Source: Alphaproteobacteria bacterium (GTDB lineage Bacteria > Pseudomonadota > Alphaproteobacteria > MPNO01 > UBA830). From it: 64,000 nt of DNA. Location: contig JAYPPO010000010.1 in NCBI GenBank assembly GCA_038131485.1, positions 521 through 64,520 of the forward strand, in the 5' to 3' direction. The position numbers and the translations under genes are program-made. Below, piece by piece: positions 44,379-56,241 of the stretch. The first letter of the stretch is position 1; every line of letters begins with the position of its first letter. The notes below the pieces were generated by a model that saw only the letters and a program-made list of their open reading frames with translations, was not told the DNA's origin and searched no databases.

Positions 44379-45706
44379 CAGACCCGCTTGCAGGCCGCGT
44401 CGAGCGCTACCGCACCGTCTCGTCAATATCCGTGTCCGTATGGACCGAAGACACGAACCGGCGGACGTTGGGCAGCACATAGAGCCCTTCGTGCATCTGC
44501 GCTAGGTCGAGAGCGCGCGATGCTGCCTGGTCGGAGTTCATCACGTCGGCGTGGTTGGCGGGCGGGTGGTCCATGAAAAGGATCTGCCAGAACGACGCCT
44601 TCCCGGTCGCGATGGCGGGCTTACGGTTCCGGTCGAGTACCTCCTGGCAAGCCCTGCAGACCTCGTCAGCCTTGGCGTGGAGATCCTTGTAGTAGCCGGG
44701 CTTGCTCAGCTCTGCGAGCGTCGCAAGGCCGGCAACGGCGGCCACGGGATTTCCGTGCAGCGTGCCGTTAACGTAGGAGTAGTTCGACTGGCCGCGATTG
44801 CGCGGATTCATCAGATCCATCAACTCCGCCTTGCCACCGACGCAGCCCAGAGGCCCGCCACCGCCAACAATCTTGCCGTAGCTCGCGATGTCCGGCAGAA
44901 CGCCGAAATATTCCTGCGCGCGCCGAGCGCTGAGGCGGAACCGGTCACAACCTCATCAAAGATCAGCAGCACGCCGTTGTCGTCGCAGATTTTGCGCACG
45001 CCCGGCAGGAAATCTTCCCTGGGGAAGATGACCCGCTGCACCGGCTCGACGATGACCGCAGCAAGATCGTCGCGGTTCTCCTCGACGATCCGGCGCAAGG
45101 TATCGAGATCGTTGTAGGGGAGAGACGAGCACGTTCTCGACCATATTGGACGGCAGACCGCCGGTTTCTGGCCGGCCCTGCGGATAGTTCGACAGCGCCG
45201 TCGGCGTGACGCTGTACGCGGAGTAGTCGTGATTGCCGTGATAGGCGCCCTCAAACTTCAGGATCTTGCTGCGGCCGGTCGCGGCGCTTCGCCGTCCGCA
45301 TAGCATAAGCCGTCGCCTCCGACCCCGTCGTCGTGAAGGCGACCCGGTCGGCGCAGGGAATGATTTCCGTTAGTTCCTGGGCAAGCCGGATGCACTGCTC
45401 GTTGAGCGTGCCGAAGAAATGAATGCCGCGCTCCTGCTCCCTCACGGCGTCTACAACCGTCGGAAAGGCGTGCCCCAGGATCAGCGCCCCGGCGCCGCCG
45501 ACATAGTCGATGTACCAGCGTCCGCGCACGTCCTGCAGGCGCGAGCCCGCTCCCTTGTGAACGACGAAACGCACGTCGTCGGGCAGCGAATAGCTGCCGA
45601 GACCAGCGCCTGGCAGGCTCTCGGCCGCGATTTCGTAGTATTCGTCGTGGGTCAGGGCGCCGACCTGTTTGGTCTCATCGGTAAAGGCGGTGTCGGCTGG
45701 TGTCAT
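44378..45706 (-). CDS. Class III aminotransferase, GSA aminomutase-like (frameshifted)
   Basis: YIDYVGGAGALILGH, TTGSEA, KFEGAYHG, LIFDEVVTG, GTLHGNP. Confidence 0.88.
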
Positions 45707-47831
45707 TGCCGTAATCCTGTGGCGAGTTGAAAGCGAAGGCTAACGTTGCCGCAAGTCGCGGGCAAGGCGATTGCAGCCCGGTCAGTCATCATAGCTGCGG
45801 CCGCAATCGAGCGAGCCGGAGGCATGGACCAGGATTTTCCAGCCCGGCGGCACGACGGACGTTCCGCCCGCCTCCTCGATGATCATCGGGCCGGCAAATA
45901 TCTCGCCGGCTGCCATCTTGGTGCGGTCCATGATCGAGCAGTCCGTCCATCCGCCGTCGAACCAGACCTGGCGCGTCTCGATGACGGGATCGCCGCCCTC
46001 GACCGGCGGAAGGCCAAGTCGGGTTTATCGATCAGACCGAGCGAGAACAGGCGGATGTTGACGAGCTCAACGTCGCTGTGCATGTCGGCCCGGCCGAACG
46101 TTTGCTTGTGGCGCGCGTGGAACGCCTCACGCAGCGCGCCCCAGTCGGCACTGCCGGGATCGCACGGGATCGACAGCGTGAAGGACTGCCCGACATAGCG
46201 CATGTCGACGCTGAAGCTGTGATCGTGACGGTCGTCGCTGAAACCGTCCGCCCGCAACAACTCACTCGCGCGCGCGCGCAGCACCGCAGTTTCGGCGCGG
46301 AAATCGGCCTCGGCGATCTCGCCGAGCGGCCCACCCCAGGCGACGACGAAATCGCGGCGTAGGTCGGCAAGAAGCTGGCCAAGCGCCGACAGGTGCCCCG
46401 GGAAGCGCGGAACAATGACCTTCGGGATCGCCAGTTCCTCGGCGACCAAAAACACATGCATCGGTCCCGCGCCACCAAATCCAAGCAGCGCGAAGTCGCG
46501 CGGATCGAACCCGCGATGGACCGACACCTCGCGCACAGCGCCGGCCATCTTCGAGACGGCGATCCGAAGGACACCGTCGGCCAGTTCTGCAGGTGACCCG
46601 GCATCAGCGCCGAGCTTCGCCGCGAGATCGGCAAAGGCCGTCTCGGCGAGATCCTTCGAGCTGCAAGCCGCCGGACAACGTCCGGTTCGTCGACGAGACG
46701 GCCCAGCATCAGGTTCGCGTCCGAGATTGTTGGCTCGGTGCCGCCGCGCTGATAGCAGGCGGGACCCGGCAACGCGCCAGCGCTCTGCGGACCGACCTCG
46801 AGCGTTCCGTCCGCCTGGACCCACGCGATGGAGCCGCCGCCCGCGCCGATCGTGTGGATGTCGAGCTGCGGCACCTGCAGCGGATAGGCGTCGATCTGGT
46901 TTGAGTGGCTGATGCGCGGCGTCAACTTGTGAATCAGCGAGACGTCCGTGCTGGTGCCGCCCATGTCGAAGGTGATGCAGTCTTCAACGCCCGCCATTTC
47001 GCAGATGCGCGCCGCGCCGCCCGCGCCGCCGACCGGGCCAGAACAGGAACGTGCCCGCCGCGAAATCGGCCGCCTGGTCGAGCGTCATGACGCGCCACCG
47101 TTGGAGCCCATCACGTTGACGGGCGCAGAAATCCCCTGCCCTTCGAGTTCTCCGGAGAGCGTCTTGAGATAGTCACGGACGACGGGCGTCAAATACGCGT
47201 TGAGCACACAGGTCGAGAACCGTTCGAATTCGCCTTTCTCGCGCACGACGCCGGTCGACACGCAGACGGGAATGTCACCCGCGAGCGCCTGCAGCTTCTC
47301 CAGCGCGATCCGCTCGTTCTCGTCGTTACGGTAGGCGTTGATGAACGCGACCGCGATGGACTTCACGCCTTTTTCCCTGAAGGCGTCAACCATAGGCGCG
47401 AAATCGATGTCGGCCGAACTCTTGAGCACCTTGCCGTCGGCGGTGACGCGTTCGGCCGCCTCTATGCGGAGATCGCGGCTTACCAGCGGCCGCGGGCGGA
47501 CGAACTTGATGTCGAACAGCCCGCCGATCAGCCGCCGGGTGCGGCCGATCTCCAGCGTGTCGCGGAAGCCCTCCGTCGCGATCAGGCCTGTCTTCGCTCC
47601 CTTGCGTTCGAGCAACGCGTTGGTAGCGATGGTGGTGCCATGCACGAATGCGCGTATCTCGCCGTAATCGATGCCGAGCTTCTCCAACGCGCCAAGAACG
47701 CCACGCCATTGTCTACCCGGAATGGACGGAACCTTCTCGGACAGGAGTTCCTGCGTACGCGTGTCGAGGCAAAGGAGGTCGGTAAACGTGCCGCCGACGT
47801 CGATGCCTACGATGTATCTGCCGTCCGCCAT
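45703..47831 (-). CDS. Hydantoinase/oxoprolinase subunit A (frameshifted)
   Basis: GIDVGGTFTD, HGTTIATNALLE, DMGGTSTDV, IGAGGGS, FGGAGPMH, DMRYVGQ. Confidence 0.92.
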
Positions 47832-47839
47832 GTCGGCCC

Positions 47840-49858
47840 TCAAGCGAACTGTTCTGGCAACGGCGCGGTCGCACGCAGCGAGACCGTGTCTCCCGGCGCA
47901 GCGGCCAGAATGTCAAGGCTCGACGGGCTGACCACGACCCGGTCGCTGTCCACATCGCCACCGATCCGGACCCAGCCGCGAAGGGGCGAGCCCCGGCCGG
48001 TGAGCAGCTCGACGATATCGCCGTCCCGCGCGCCAAACGCCGCGGCGATCTTCGCCGGCAGGACGAAGACGCGGCGCGGGCCGTCCGACAATTCCTCGCT
48101 CGCGGCTTCTAGCAAGACCGCGTGCCGATCCGCGCCGAGGCGCGCGCGCCGATCCGATGTCGCCGCCGCGTCGACCCCGCCGTCACTGATGACTACGCCG
48201 TAGCGAACGTCGGCCTGCCCTTCGGTCAGATAGCCCTCTATCACGTCGGCGAGGACGCGGGCCGGATCGCGCTTCAGCGGATCGCCGTAGCCGCCGCCGC
48301 CCGCCGTCTCCTCCCGGACTACGTCGCCCGTTCGGAGCGGAAAGCCGGACACCTTGCCCGGCATGTCGGACGGCTGAACCGTCTCGCCGTTCCGCAGGAC
48401 AGTAAAGCTGTTGACCGCGCCGTTGGAACCGCCTTCGACGCCGTAGGGCGGGATGACGTTCTTTTCAGAGATGACCGACAGCGCGCCGCGGCAATCAAGG
48501 ATGCGCACGTCGCGCCTGAGACCGAAGCCGCCGCGAAATTCGCCGTCGCCGCACGCGCCGGCGCGAATCTCGCAGCGCTCGATCCGCAACGGGAACTGGC
48601 CTTCTACCATCTCAGTCGACTGGATCGAATTGAAGTCGCCCTCGTTGTAGCTGCGCACCGCGCTGGAGCCGTCGATGCCGGCCGAAGCGCCGGTGCCGCC
48701 CGCCGGCCATTCGTAATGGATGTAATTGTCGCGTCCCGGCACGGAACCCGAGATGATGACGTGGTTCGCACCGCCTTTCAGATCGCCGACAGTCATCTCC
48801 GGCACGACCTGGCCCATAGCCGAGGCGACCACGGAGTCGATCAGGAACTTGCATTCCGCCATACCGCCGCACGGCGCGTCGTTGCGCGCGTTGATAAACG
48901 TGCCAGGTTCCGAAATCACGGTGATCGGATTAAACGACCCCTGATTGATCGGCGTCTTGGGATCGAGGAACGATTTCACGATCGTGCCCACCGCATTGAG
49001 CGCCATGGCCGGACCGCAATTGGTAGGCCCGTTGGTCTGCGCCGAGGTGCCGGTGAAGTCGGCGACGATTTCCTCGCCCCTTACAGTCAGCTTCAGTTTA
49101 ACGACCAGGGGGTCCGGATTGGTGCCGTCGCTCTCGATGTAACCCTCGGCGTGGTAATCGCCGTCGGGGCATTCGGCGATCCTCGCACGAAGCAGGCGTT
49201 CCGCCCGCGCGATCAGGTCTTCAACGCCGCTCAACAGCCCGTTGCCGAAACGCCGGTAGAGCCGCTGGAGGTGTTCTTCCGCCTTGCGGCCGGTGCCGAC
49301 CATCGCGTTGAAGTCGCCGAGGCGTTCCGAGCGCGCCCGCATGTTGGTAAACAGCAGGTTAAGGAACGGTTCGTTCATCTTGCCGCGGTCGCAGATCTTC
49401 GTCGGTTCGATCCGGATGCCTTCCTGGATAGATCTCATTGACCCTAACTGACAGGCTACCGGGCGTCATGCCGCCGACGTCGTTCCAATGACAGCGCATC
49501 GCGGCGAACATGCCGAGCTTTCCGTCGAAGAAGACCGGCTGCAGCATCAGCACGTCGTTCAGGTGCGTCCCGCCCGTATACGGGTCGTTGTGCAGGAACA
49601 GGTCGCCTTCGTGGATGTCATCGCCGAACGTCGCGATGACCTGGCTGAGTCGAATAGGGCACCGCGAAGATGTGGATCGGATGGTCCGCCAGCCCCTGCG
49701 CCACCTGGCGTCCGTCGGCCGACATGAGCGCACATGAAAAATCATGCCCTTCATAGATGATAGGCGCGTAGGACGAATGGATGATGTTCGCCCGCATCTC
49801 GTTGACGACGGCGATCAGGGATTCGCGGATGAGTTCTAGCTGGACGAGGTCTTTTCAT
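47840..49858 (-). CDS. Hydantoinase/oxoprolinase subunit B with C-terminal extension (frameshifted near 5' end)
   Basis: NDPYTGGTHLND, HWNDVGGMTPGS, QEGIRI, DFTGTS, GDGEFRGG, TAGGGGYGDP. Confidence 0.92.
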
Positions 49859-49880
49859 GGCCTTCAATTCTGTCCCAGTT

Positions 49881-49942
49881 TGTCAGACTGTCTAACATCG
49901 GGCGCGCTTGTTTCCAATTTAATTTTACACTAACGTAAAATT
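49881..49942. promoter_or_regulatory. Two palindromic operator-like sites in a divergent promoter region
   Basis: TGTCAGAC-T-GTCTAACA (49881-49897) and AATTTTAC-ACTAAC-GTAAAATT (49921-49942). Confidence 0.55.
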
Positions 49943-49995
49943 ATTGGTTTCAGGGCGTTCCCGCCTAAATTCGCGGCGTTCTGAAAGGATCGACG

Positions 49996-51648
49996 ATGTC
50001 CGAACCCACATCGCATGTGGAAACCTTCATTCGCGATAACATGCCGCCGCCCGAGCAGTGGCCGGAAATGGACTATTCCGCCCTGCCCGGAACTCGCCGC
50101 CTATCCGGCGCGTTTTAACATCGCAGCCGAGCTGATCGACAGGCAGGTCACGGCGGGTTTCGCGAGATCAGCCGGCCGTGATGGCAGGCGATCTCGTCTG
50201 GACCTTATGCCGAGCTAATGGCGCAGGCGAACCGGATCGCCAACGTCCTGGTCTCGGATTATGGCTTCGTGCCGGGCGAGCGCGTCATCCTGCGCTCCGG
50301 CAACCACCCGATGCTGATCGCCGCCTGGCTCGCCGTTCTAAAGGCGGGCGGCGTCGCAATCACGACGATGCCGGTGCTGCGCGAACGCGAACTGGTCTAC
50401 ATGATTGGCAAGGCGAAGGTGCGGTTCGCGATCTCGCAGGCGTCCTCGCCGAAGACATCGACAGGGCCAGGGCCGGCGCCTCGGATCTCCAACACATCCT
50501 CTATTTCGGCGACGACCGCGCGAATGCCTCGAAAAGGCGATGATGGCGAAACCCGCCACGTTCAACAACGTCGACACGGCGGCTGACGACCCCGCCATTA
50601 TTGGCTTCACGTCAGGCTCGACTGGTACGCCCAAAGCTACTCTTCATTTCCATCGCGACATTTCTCGCCGCGGCCGACTGTTTCATCGGCCACGTCGTGA
50701 ATCCGGCCGGCGACATCGTCTGCGGCAGCCTGCAGATCGCGTTTCTCTATGGGCTCTGCGCCTTCATCGCGGACACGTTCCGGTTCGGCGGAACAGCGGT
50801 TCTATACTCGAACGCGGCACGCCCGAAGCAGTTCTCCAGACCATCGAAAAATACAAGGCGACCGTCTGTTTCTCGACGCCGTCCGGCTACAAGCTGATGC
50901 TGGAAAAGGCGCGCGACTATGATCTCTCCTCGTTGCGCGAATGCGTCGCCGGCGGGAGCCGTTGGCGCCCGCGACCTTCAACGTGTGGAAGGAGATCACT
51001 GGCGTCGAGATGATCAATGGCCTCGGCATCTCCGAACTCCTCCACATCTTCATCTCGGCGAGCGGCGACGACATCAAGCCGGGCGCCATCGGCAAGGCCG
51101 TTCCGGATTCCAGGTCCGCGTCGTCGACGGGGATTTCAACGACGTCGGCCCCAACGAAATCGGCCAGATGATCGTCAAGGGCCCGAACGGCTGCCGGTAT
51201 ATCGGCGACGAGGATCGCCAGCGCGCCTATATCAGGATGGCTGGAACAAGTCGGGCGACCTCTGCCGGATCGACGAGGACGGATATTTTATTACGAGGCA
51301 CGGACCGACGACATGATTCTGACGGGCGGCTATAATGTCTCCGGTCTCGAGGTTGAGGCGGTCCTGCTGGAGCATCCCAAAGGTTCGCGAAGTCGCCGTC
51401 GTCGGCAAGCCGGACAGGGACGGGGACAGATCGTCAAGGCGTTCGTTGTACCGGCAGACGCCTCCGCCAAGACGGACGAAACCGTCACCGAGTTGCAGGA
51501 TTTCGTGAAATCGCAGATATCCGCCTTTAAATATCCGCGCGCCGTCGAATTCGTTGACGACCTGCCGTTGACCGCCACGGGAAAGATCCAGCGCGGCGCG
51601 CTGCGCCAGCTCGAACGGGAACAGGACGACGCGGACCGAAACGCCTGA
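49996..51648 (+). CDS. 2-aminobenzoate-CoA ligase-like AMP-binding enzyme (frameshifted)
   Basis: TSHVETFIRDNMPPPEQWP, FTSGSTGTPKATLHFHRD, GLGISELLHIFIS, FKYPRAVEF..LP.TATGKIQR. Confidence 0.85.
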
Positions 51649-51688
51649 TCGGCGATTTCTTTAACGCCTATTGAATGGAAACCACCGA

Positions 51689-52282
51689 ATGCTCGGAACT
51701 GAATATCAAGGACAAGAACACGATCGACTTCCTCCTGTCGCGCCGCTCGATCCTGGCGCGCATGATGACGAGCCGGGTCCCGACGACACCGATCTGAAGA
51801 AAATATTGGAAGCCGGCATGCGGGTGCCGGACCACAGGCGGCTGACGCCGTGCGCACTTCATCGTCATCCGCGGCGACGCGCGCGAGAAGCTCGGCGACA
51901 CGCTCGCGGAGCTCTTCAAGAAGAACAAACCCCATGCGATTGAAGAGGAAGTCGAGATCGAGCAGGGAACAACTGATGCGGGCGCCGGTCGTGGTCGCGG
52001 TCGCGTCCAAGGTCGTTAAGGAACACAGATCCCCGAATGGGAACAGGTCCTGTCGGCCGGCGCGGCCTGCCAGACGATGCTGATCGCAGCCCTGTCGATG
52101 GGCTATGCGGCGCAGTGGATCACCGAATGGTACGCCTATGATCCGGATTTCAAGGCGGCGCTGGAGGCCTCGACGCGGACGACCGCATCGCGGGCTACAT
52201 ATATTTCAGAGCAACGAGACGGGCTGAGCCCACCGAACGTACACGTCCCGAATACGGCGACATCGTCTCCGAGTGGTCCTAA
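51689..52282 (+). CDS. YdjA-like nitroreductase (frameshifted)
   Basis: FLLSRRS, RVPDH..LTP, RAPVVVAV, MGYAAQWITEWYAYD. Confidence 0.8.
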
Positions 52283-52310
52283 CCGGACAGGCGCAGCTGC
52301 GCCTGCGCCC

Positions 52311-53301
52311 CTACTCGTCCAGCCGGATGACCACCTTGCCGCGGACCTTGCGGTCGCGGATCACGTCGCATGCCTCGACGAAACGATCCATGGGAAAGAC
52401 CGCCTGCACTGGCACCTCGATCCGCCCGTCCGCGACCATCTCGAACAGCTCCGCCTGGACGCGCTGGACCCAGTCCGGGATCCCGGTCGCGGTACTCAGC
52501 CCAGTTGACGCCGGTCACGGCGATGTTCTTGAGCAGCGCGTAGTTGACCTTGAAGGTCGGAATCTCGCCGGCCGCGAATCCGACGACGACGAGGCTGCCG
52601 CCGAAGTTAAGCGCCCGGACCGCACCATCGAACACCGCGCCGCCAAGCATCTCCATCACGATGTCGACGCCGCCGCGGGTAATCGCCCTGATGTCGTCGC
52701 GGATCGTATCGCGGACATTGTCGCCCGACAGGTCTATCACGTGATCCGCACCGTTCTCACGTGCCAGGTCGGCTTTCGACATCGTAGTCAGGCCCGCGAT
52801 GACCGTGCAGCCCCATGCCTTGGCTAGCTGCATCGCTGCGAGACCGACGCTGCCCGACGCGCCGGTGACGAGGACAGTGTTCCCTTCCTTCACGTAGGCG
52901 CGCGCGACGAGTCCGAAAAACGCCGTCTGGTAGGCGATCCCGATGGCCGCCGCTTCCTCGAAGCTGACGCCGTCCGGCACTGGATAGCAATTCCCCTCGT
53001 CGGTCACCACCTGCTCCGCGTAGGAGCCGTATTCGACCTGGATCATCACGCGGTCGCCCGGCTTGATCCGCGTAACGCCCTCTCCGACCTCGCGCACGAT
53101 GCCGGAGCCCTCCTTGCCAGGGCTGAACGGGAGTGGCGGCCGCACCTGGTACTTGCCTTCCATCACCAGCAGGTCGGGAAAGTTTATCGCCGCCGCCTTG
53201 TTGTCGACGAGCACCTGCCCGGGGCCCGGCGACGGCGCCTCCAGTTCCTCGATCGTGAGCGTTTCCGGCGGGCCCAGTTCCCGGGCGACTATGGCGCGCA
53301 T
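52311..53301 (-). CDS. NADPH:quinone oxidoreductase (zeta-crystallin-like; indel near 3' end)
   Basis: MRAIVARELGPPE, AINFPD...GKYQ.RP.LPFSPG, VTGASGSVG, VVGFAAG.IP. Confidence 0.9.
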
Positions 53302-53460
53302 ATGATGAATTCCGTTGCTTGCGACTTCCGACTTTGGCGACAACCTAATGGCTGAACGTCGTTTCGCAACGGGTTTGTCGCGCCGCGATCGAGGTTGAAT
53401 ATGACGTCGGCGATTGCCACGTCCTTGCACAACGTCCGCTACATCTCCAAGGGGCTGTCC

Positions 53461-54579
53461 ATGCACATCGGCGTACCGAGAGAAATCAAGTCGTTTGAGA
53501 GCCGGGTCGGCCTCACCCCGCCTAGTGTCCGCGAACTCACGACGCTCGGACACAAGGTGACCGTGGAAACGAACGCCGGACACGCGATCGCGTTCGAAGA
53601 CGACGACTACCGTACGGCGGGCGCCGAAATCGCCGGCAGCGCCGCCGACGTCTTCGCCGCCGCTGACATGATAGTAAAAGTCAAGGAACCGCAACCGCAG
53701 GAAATCGAGCTCCTGCGGGAGGGCCAGATCCTGTTCACCTATCTGCACCTCGCCCCCGACCCCGACCAGACACAGGGTCTGCTAGACCGGGGCGTCACTG
53801 GCATCGCATACGAAACCGTCACCGACCGTCACGGCGGCCTTCCCCTCCTCGCCCCGATGAGCGAGGTAGCCGGACGCATGGCCGTGCAAGCCGGCGCAAC
53901 GTGCCTCGAGATCGAGCATGGCGGCCGCGGCGTCCTTCTCGGCGGCGTTCCGGGCGTGGCGCCGGGCAAGGTCGTCGTCATCGGCGGCGGCGTGGTCGGC
54001 AGCAACGCGGTTTTCATCGCGACCGGCATGGGAGGCGACGTCACCGTCATCGACCGCGATATCCGCCGGCTCGCCGAAATAGACATGCAGTACAAGAGCC
54101 TGATTACGACGCGTTTCTCGAACCGCACAAACATCGAGGAGGAGGTCTTAAAGGCCGATCTCGTCATCGGCGCGGTGCTCGTCCCCGGCGCCGAGGCGCC
54201 CAGGCTTGTTACAACCGACATGGTGAACAACATGAAGCGAGGCTCGGTGATCGTCGACGTCGCCATCGACCAGGGCGGCTGCTGCGAGACCAGCAGGCCG
54301 ACGACGCACGCTGATCCAACATACGTCGTCGATGGGGTAGTCCATTATTGCGTCGCAAACATGCCGGGCGCGGTTGCGCGCACCTCGACCTTCGCGCTCA
54401 ATAACGCGACACTGCCGTTCGCGGTGAAACTCGCCACGATGGGCGCGAAAGACGCGATGCTTGCCGACCCACACCTGCTCGCGGGACTCAACGTGCACGC
54501 CGGCAAGCTGACCTACCAAGCGGTGGCCGAGGCGCAGGGTCGGGATTTCGTGCCGGCGACGGAGACGCTGGCCGTTTAA
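53461..54579 (+). CDS. ald: Alanine dehydrogenase
   Basis: [51 protein letters not shown]. Confidence 0.96.
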   Translation: MHIGVPREIKSFESRVGLTPPSVRELTTLGHKVTVETNAGHAIAFEDDDYRTAGAEIAGSAADVFAAADMIVKVKEPQPQEIELLREGQILFTYLHLAPDPDQTQGLLDRGVTGIAYETVTDRHGGLPLLAPMSEVAGRMAVQAGATCLEIEHGGRGVLLGGVPGVAPGKVVVIGGGVVGSNAVFIATGMGGDVTVIDRDIRRLAEIDMQYKSLITTRFSNRTNIEEEVLKADLVIGAVLVPGAEAPRLVTTDMVNNMKRGSVIVDVAIDQGGCCETSRPTTHADPTYVVDGVVHYCVANMPGAVARTSTFALNNATLPFAVKLATMGAKDAMLADPHLLAGLNVHAGKLTYQAVAEAQGRDFVPATETLAV

Positions 54580-55196
54580 CGTGCCGTGGAAAGTCCCCGC
54601 AGGATCATCCGCGTATACATCTCGATCAGTTCCGGCACGGAAATCGACTCGCCCGGTCGGTACCAGCGGGCTACCCAGTTGCACTGGCCGAGGATGCCGA
54701 GAAACGCGAGCTTCGGGTCTAGCGCGGCATCAAACACGCCGGCCTCCTGCCCTTCCGCGATAATCGAGGCCCAGTTGTCGTTGTACTCGTCCCAGACCGG
54801 ACCCATCACCGCGAGGACTTCCTCGTTCTCGGCAAAATAATCGTCGCGGAGCGTGATCTTCGATTCCGCGAACCGCTTCTCGAAGCGCATTAGGTGGTTC
54901 TGGACGGCGCGCACGATCTTGGTTTCCGGCGGATCGCCGCTGGCGAGAATATCCCGCATCGAATCGCGCAGCTGGAGTCCCAGCGGCAGGATGATCGCGA
55001 TCAGGATCTCGGTCCGGTTGCTGAAATAATAATAGAGCCCTTCCCGCTTGATACCGACGGCACGGGCGATATCGTCAAGCGAGGTGCTGGCGTACCCCTG
55101 CCGATGGAACAGGTCCTGCGCGGCACGCAGGATTTCCTCGCGCCGGATTTCGCGCCGTTTTTCGGCAGCTGTCGGTTCACGTTGAGGTTCGACCAT
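54576..55196 (-). CDS. TetR-family regulator (KstR2-like C-terminus)
   Basis: AAQDLFHRQGYASTSLDDIA..GIKREGLYYYF, LGQCNWVARWYRP. Confidence 0.88.
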   Translation of the reverse strand: MVEPQREPTAAEKRREIRREEILRAAQDLFHRQGYASTSLDDIARAVGIKREGLYYYFSNRTEILIAIILPLGLQLRDSMRDILASGDPPETKIVRAVQNHLMRFEKRFAESKITLRDDYFAENEEVLAVMGPVWDEYNDNWASIIAEGQEAGVFDAALDPKLAFLGILGQCNWVARWYRPGESISVPELIEMYTRMILRGLSTAR

Positions 55197-55213
55197 TCCA
55201 GAGCGGCTCCCGA

Positions 55214-56170
55214 TCAGGAGGCATTTTTTACGTTTGCGTAAAGGTCCGCAAGCGCGGCGTGGACGGCGTCCACAGTCAGGCCGGTCATCAGCGATTTCTG
55301 GCTGCGGTGGTCGAAATCCGACGCCGTGACGAGATCGCGATAGCTCTCCGGCGTGCGCACCGCGCGGCAGTGCGCCCCCCACGGCCCGTAGCGGGTGTCG
55401 GGCGACGGGCCAAACAGCCCGAGCGTCGGAACACCGGCGGCGGCGGCAACATGCATCAGCCCGGAGTCGTTGCCGACGAAAACCGCCGCGCGCGCGAGGC
55501 AAGCGGCGGCCACGTCGAGCGGCTCGCCGACGAGATCGACCCGGCGGGCAGCGGGAATCGCCTCGAGAACCGGCGCCACCATCTCGCGTTCGGGCGGCGC
55601 GCCGAAAACGGCGACGCGCCCACCCGCCAGTATCCCGTCCGCCGCCGTTGCACGAATCGCCAGCTCGGCAAACCTGTCCGCCGGCCACTGCTTGCCTCCC
55701 CAGTTCGCGGTCGGCCCCACCGCCAGAACCGGCACGCCTTCCGGTACCAGCCCCACCGCGCGGGCCCGTGCCGCCTCGCCGAGCCAGAGCGCCGGCGCGG
55801 GCGGCGGCTCAAGCCCCGCCATCCGGCCGAGCTCAACCACGCGATGCAGGTCGTTGTCGCGATAGGCCATGACGATCCGCCGCTTCGCACGGACGAACCG
55901 GGTCAGCGCCGAGCCGCGAAGGTCGACGGCGACGTCCCACGCCGTTCCGGCGCAGGCCTGCCAAATCGAGAGCCAATGCAGGTGCAGCGGCCGCTTCTCG
56001 ACGACGATCAGCCGCTCCAGTCTCGGCACGCCCTCGAACAGCGGCGCGGCTGGCGCGCCACACGCAACCGTGACCCGCGCGCCTGGATGGCTGTCGAGCA
56101 GATGCGACAGCAGGCCGGTCGACAGCACGGCGTCGCCAATTCTGGTGGCAGTGACAAAAAGGATATTCAA
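55214..56170 (-). CDS. Glycosyltransferase family 9 (heptosyltransferase-like)
   Basis: ILFVTATRIGDAVLSTG, PTANWGGKQWP, VGNDSGLMHVAAA, GLFGP. Confidence 0.9.
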   Translation of the reverse strand: MNILFVTATRIGDAVLSTGLLSHLLDSHPGARVTVACGAPAAPLFEGVPRLERLIVVEKRPLHLHWLSIWQACAGTAWDVAVDLRGSALTRFVRAKRRIVMAYRDNDLHRVVELGRMAGLEPPPAPALWLGEAARARAVGLVPEGVPVLAVGPTANWGGKQWPADRFAELAIRATAADGILAGGRVAVFGAPPEREMVAPVLEAIPAARRVDLVGEPLDVAAACLARAAVFVGNDSGLMHVAAAAGVPTLGLFGPSPDTRYGPWGAHCRAVRTPESYRDLVTASDFDHRSQKSLMTGLTVDAVHAALADLYANVKNAS

Positions 56171-56241
56171 GAGCCGCTTCCAAAAGCCTGGCATTCGCCA
56201 GAGGCTTAACAGGATAGCTGAATCGGGGGAACAGGGCCGGA

